From assembly GCA_013239625.1 (NCBI GenBank), contig MU053629.1, forward strand, positions 2,941,567 to 3,005,566: DNA of 64,000 nt, written 5' to 3'. The notes beneath the pieces are model-generated. The model was given only the letters and a program-made list of their open reading frames with translations, was not told the DNA's origin and did no database searches. Both the position numbers and the translations under genes were made by a program. The DNA comes from Lama guanicoe. Taxonomy: Eukaryota. Shown here piece by piece: positions 63,657 through 64,000 of the stretch. Within the stretch, counting starts at the first letter, position 1. Each line of letters opens with the position of its first letter.

Positions 63657-64000
63657 ACCTGCTGCTGACCTGGCTTCCTCAGTGGCATGGGAGATGAGAG
63701 GTTAAGGTGTGTGATGAGTGATGAGAAGGAAAGAGGGGAGCTTGGATTTCTCGCCAGCCCCTCCTGCCTACGGTCAGCAGATATTCTCAGCACCAGGCCT
63801 GGAACCAGGAGAGCCCTCCATTGATCAGAGCTACGTGTTGCTCAGCAGCAAACTGCAGTGCTTATCAGTACCAGGGGGGCGCTGGAGCGGTCTGGGTGGT
63901 GGAGGCAGCGGAGTGCGTGCCTCCTGACCCCTCAGCCCTGGCGAGGACCCTCTGAGCAGGCCCTTCAGGACACTGCGAGGGACCACACATGCCAGCGTGA

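Noticed and set aside
1..64000. CRISPR array, operon, or prokaryotic defence/mobile system
   Set aside because: The DNA is intron-exon mammalian sequence rich in LINE, SINE and LTR remnants. There is no repeat-spacer array and no cluster of intronless genes.

Overview
This is mammalian genomic DNA. The tRNA-derived SINEs resemble camelid Vic-1, and I saw no Alu, BovB or PRE-1, so the host is probably a camelid. The window holds three genes. (1) The last coding exon and 3' UTR of HACD3 (+). (2) The complete INTS14/VWA9 gene (-): 11 coding exons reconstructed from GT/AG junctions total 1557 nt (518 aa + stop), with a CpG-island promoter near 31 kb. (3) The 5' part of SLC24A1/NCKX1, the rod Na/Ca-K exchanger (+): a probable non-coding exon 1, the 2-kb exon 2, and exons 3 and 4. 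Between INTS14 and SLC24A1 lies a ~6.6-kb degenerate class I ERV with two LTRs, a 4-bp TSD, an Arg-type PBS and nested insertions. There is no CRISPR array or other prokaryotic-type system, and I cannot support a wholly new biological system. The most unusual signals are: a compound insertion in SLC24A1 intron 1 (tailless 7SK retrocopy, a ~100-bp copy of the nearby 3' LTR and a 22-bp tandem duplication, all inside one MIR); a polyadenylated LTR fragment apparently mobilised by L1; a possible INTS14 5' UTR acceptor switch between a uORF and an N-terminal extension; and a cryptic 12-aa periodicity in the NCKX1 ectodomain. Gene and repeat-family names come from recall, not database searches.
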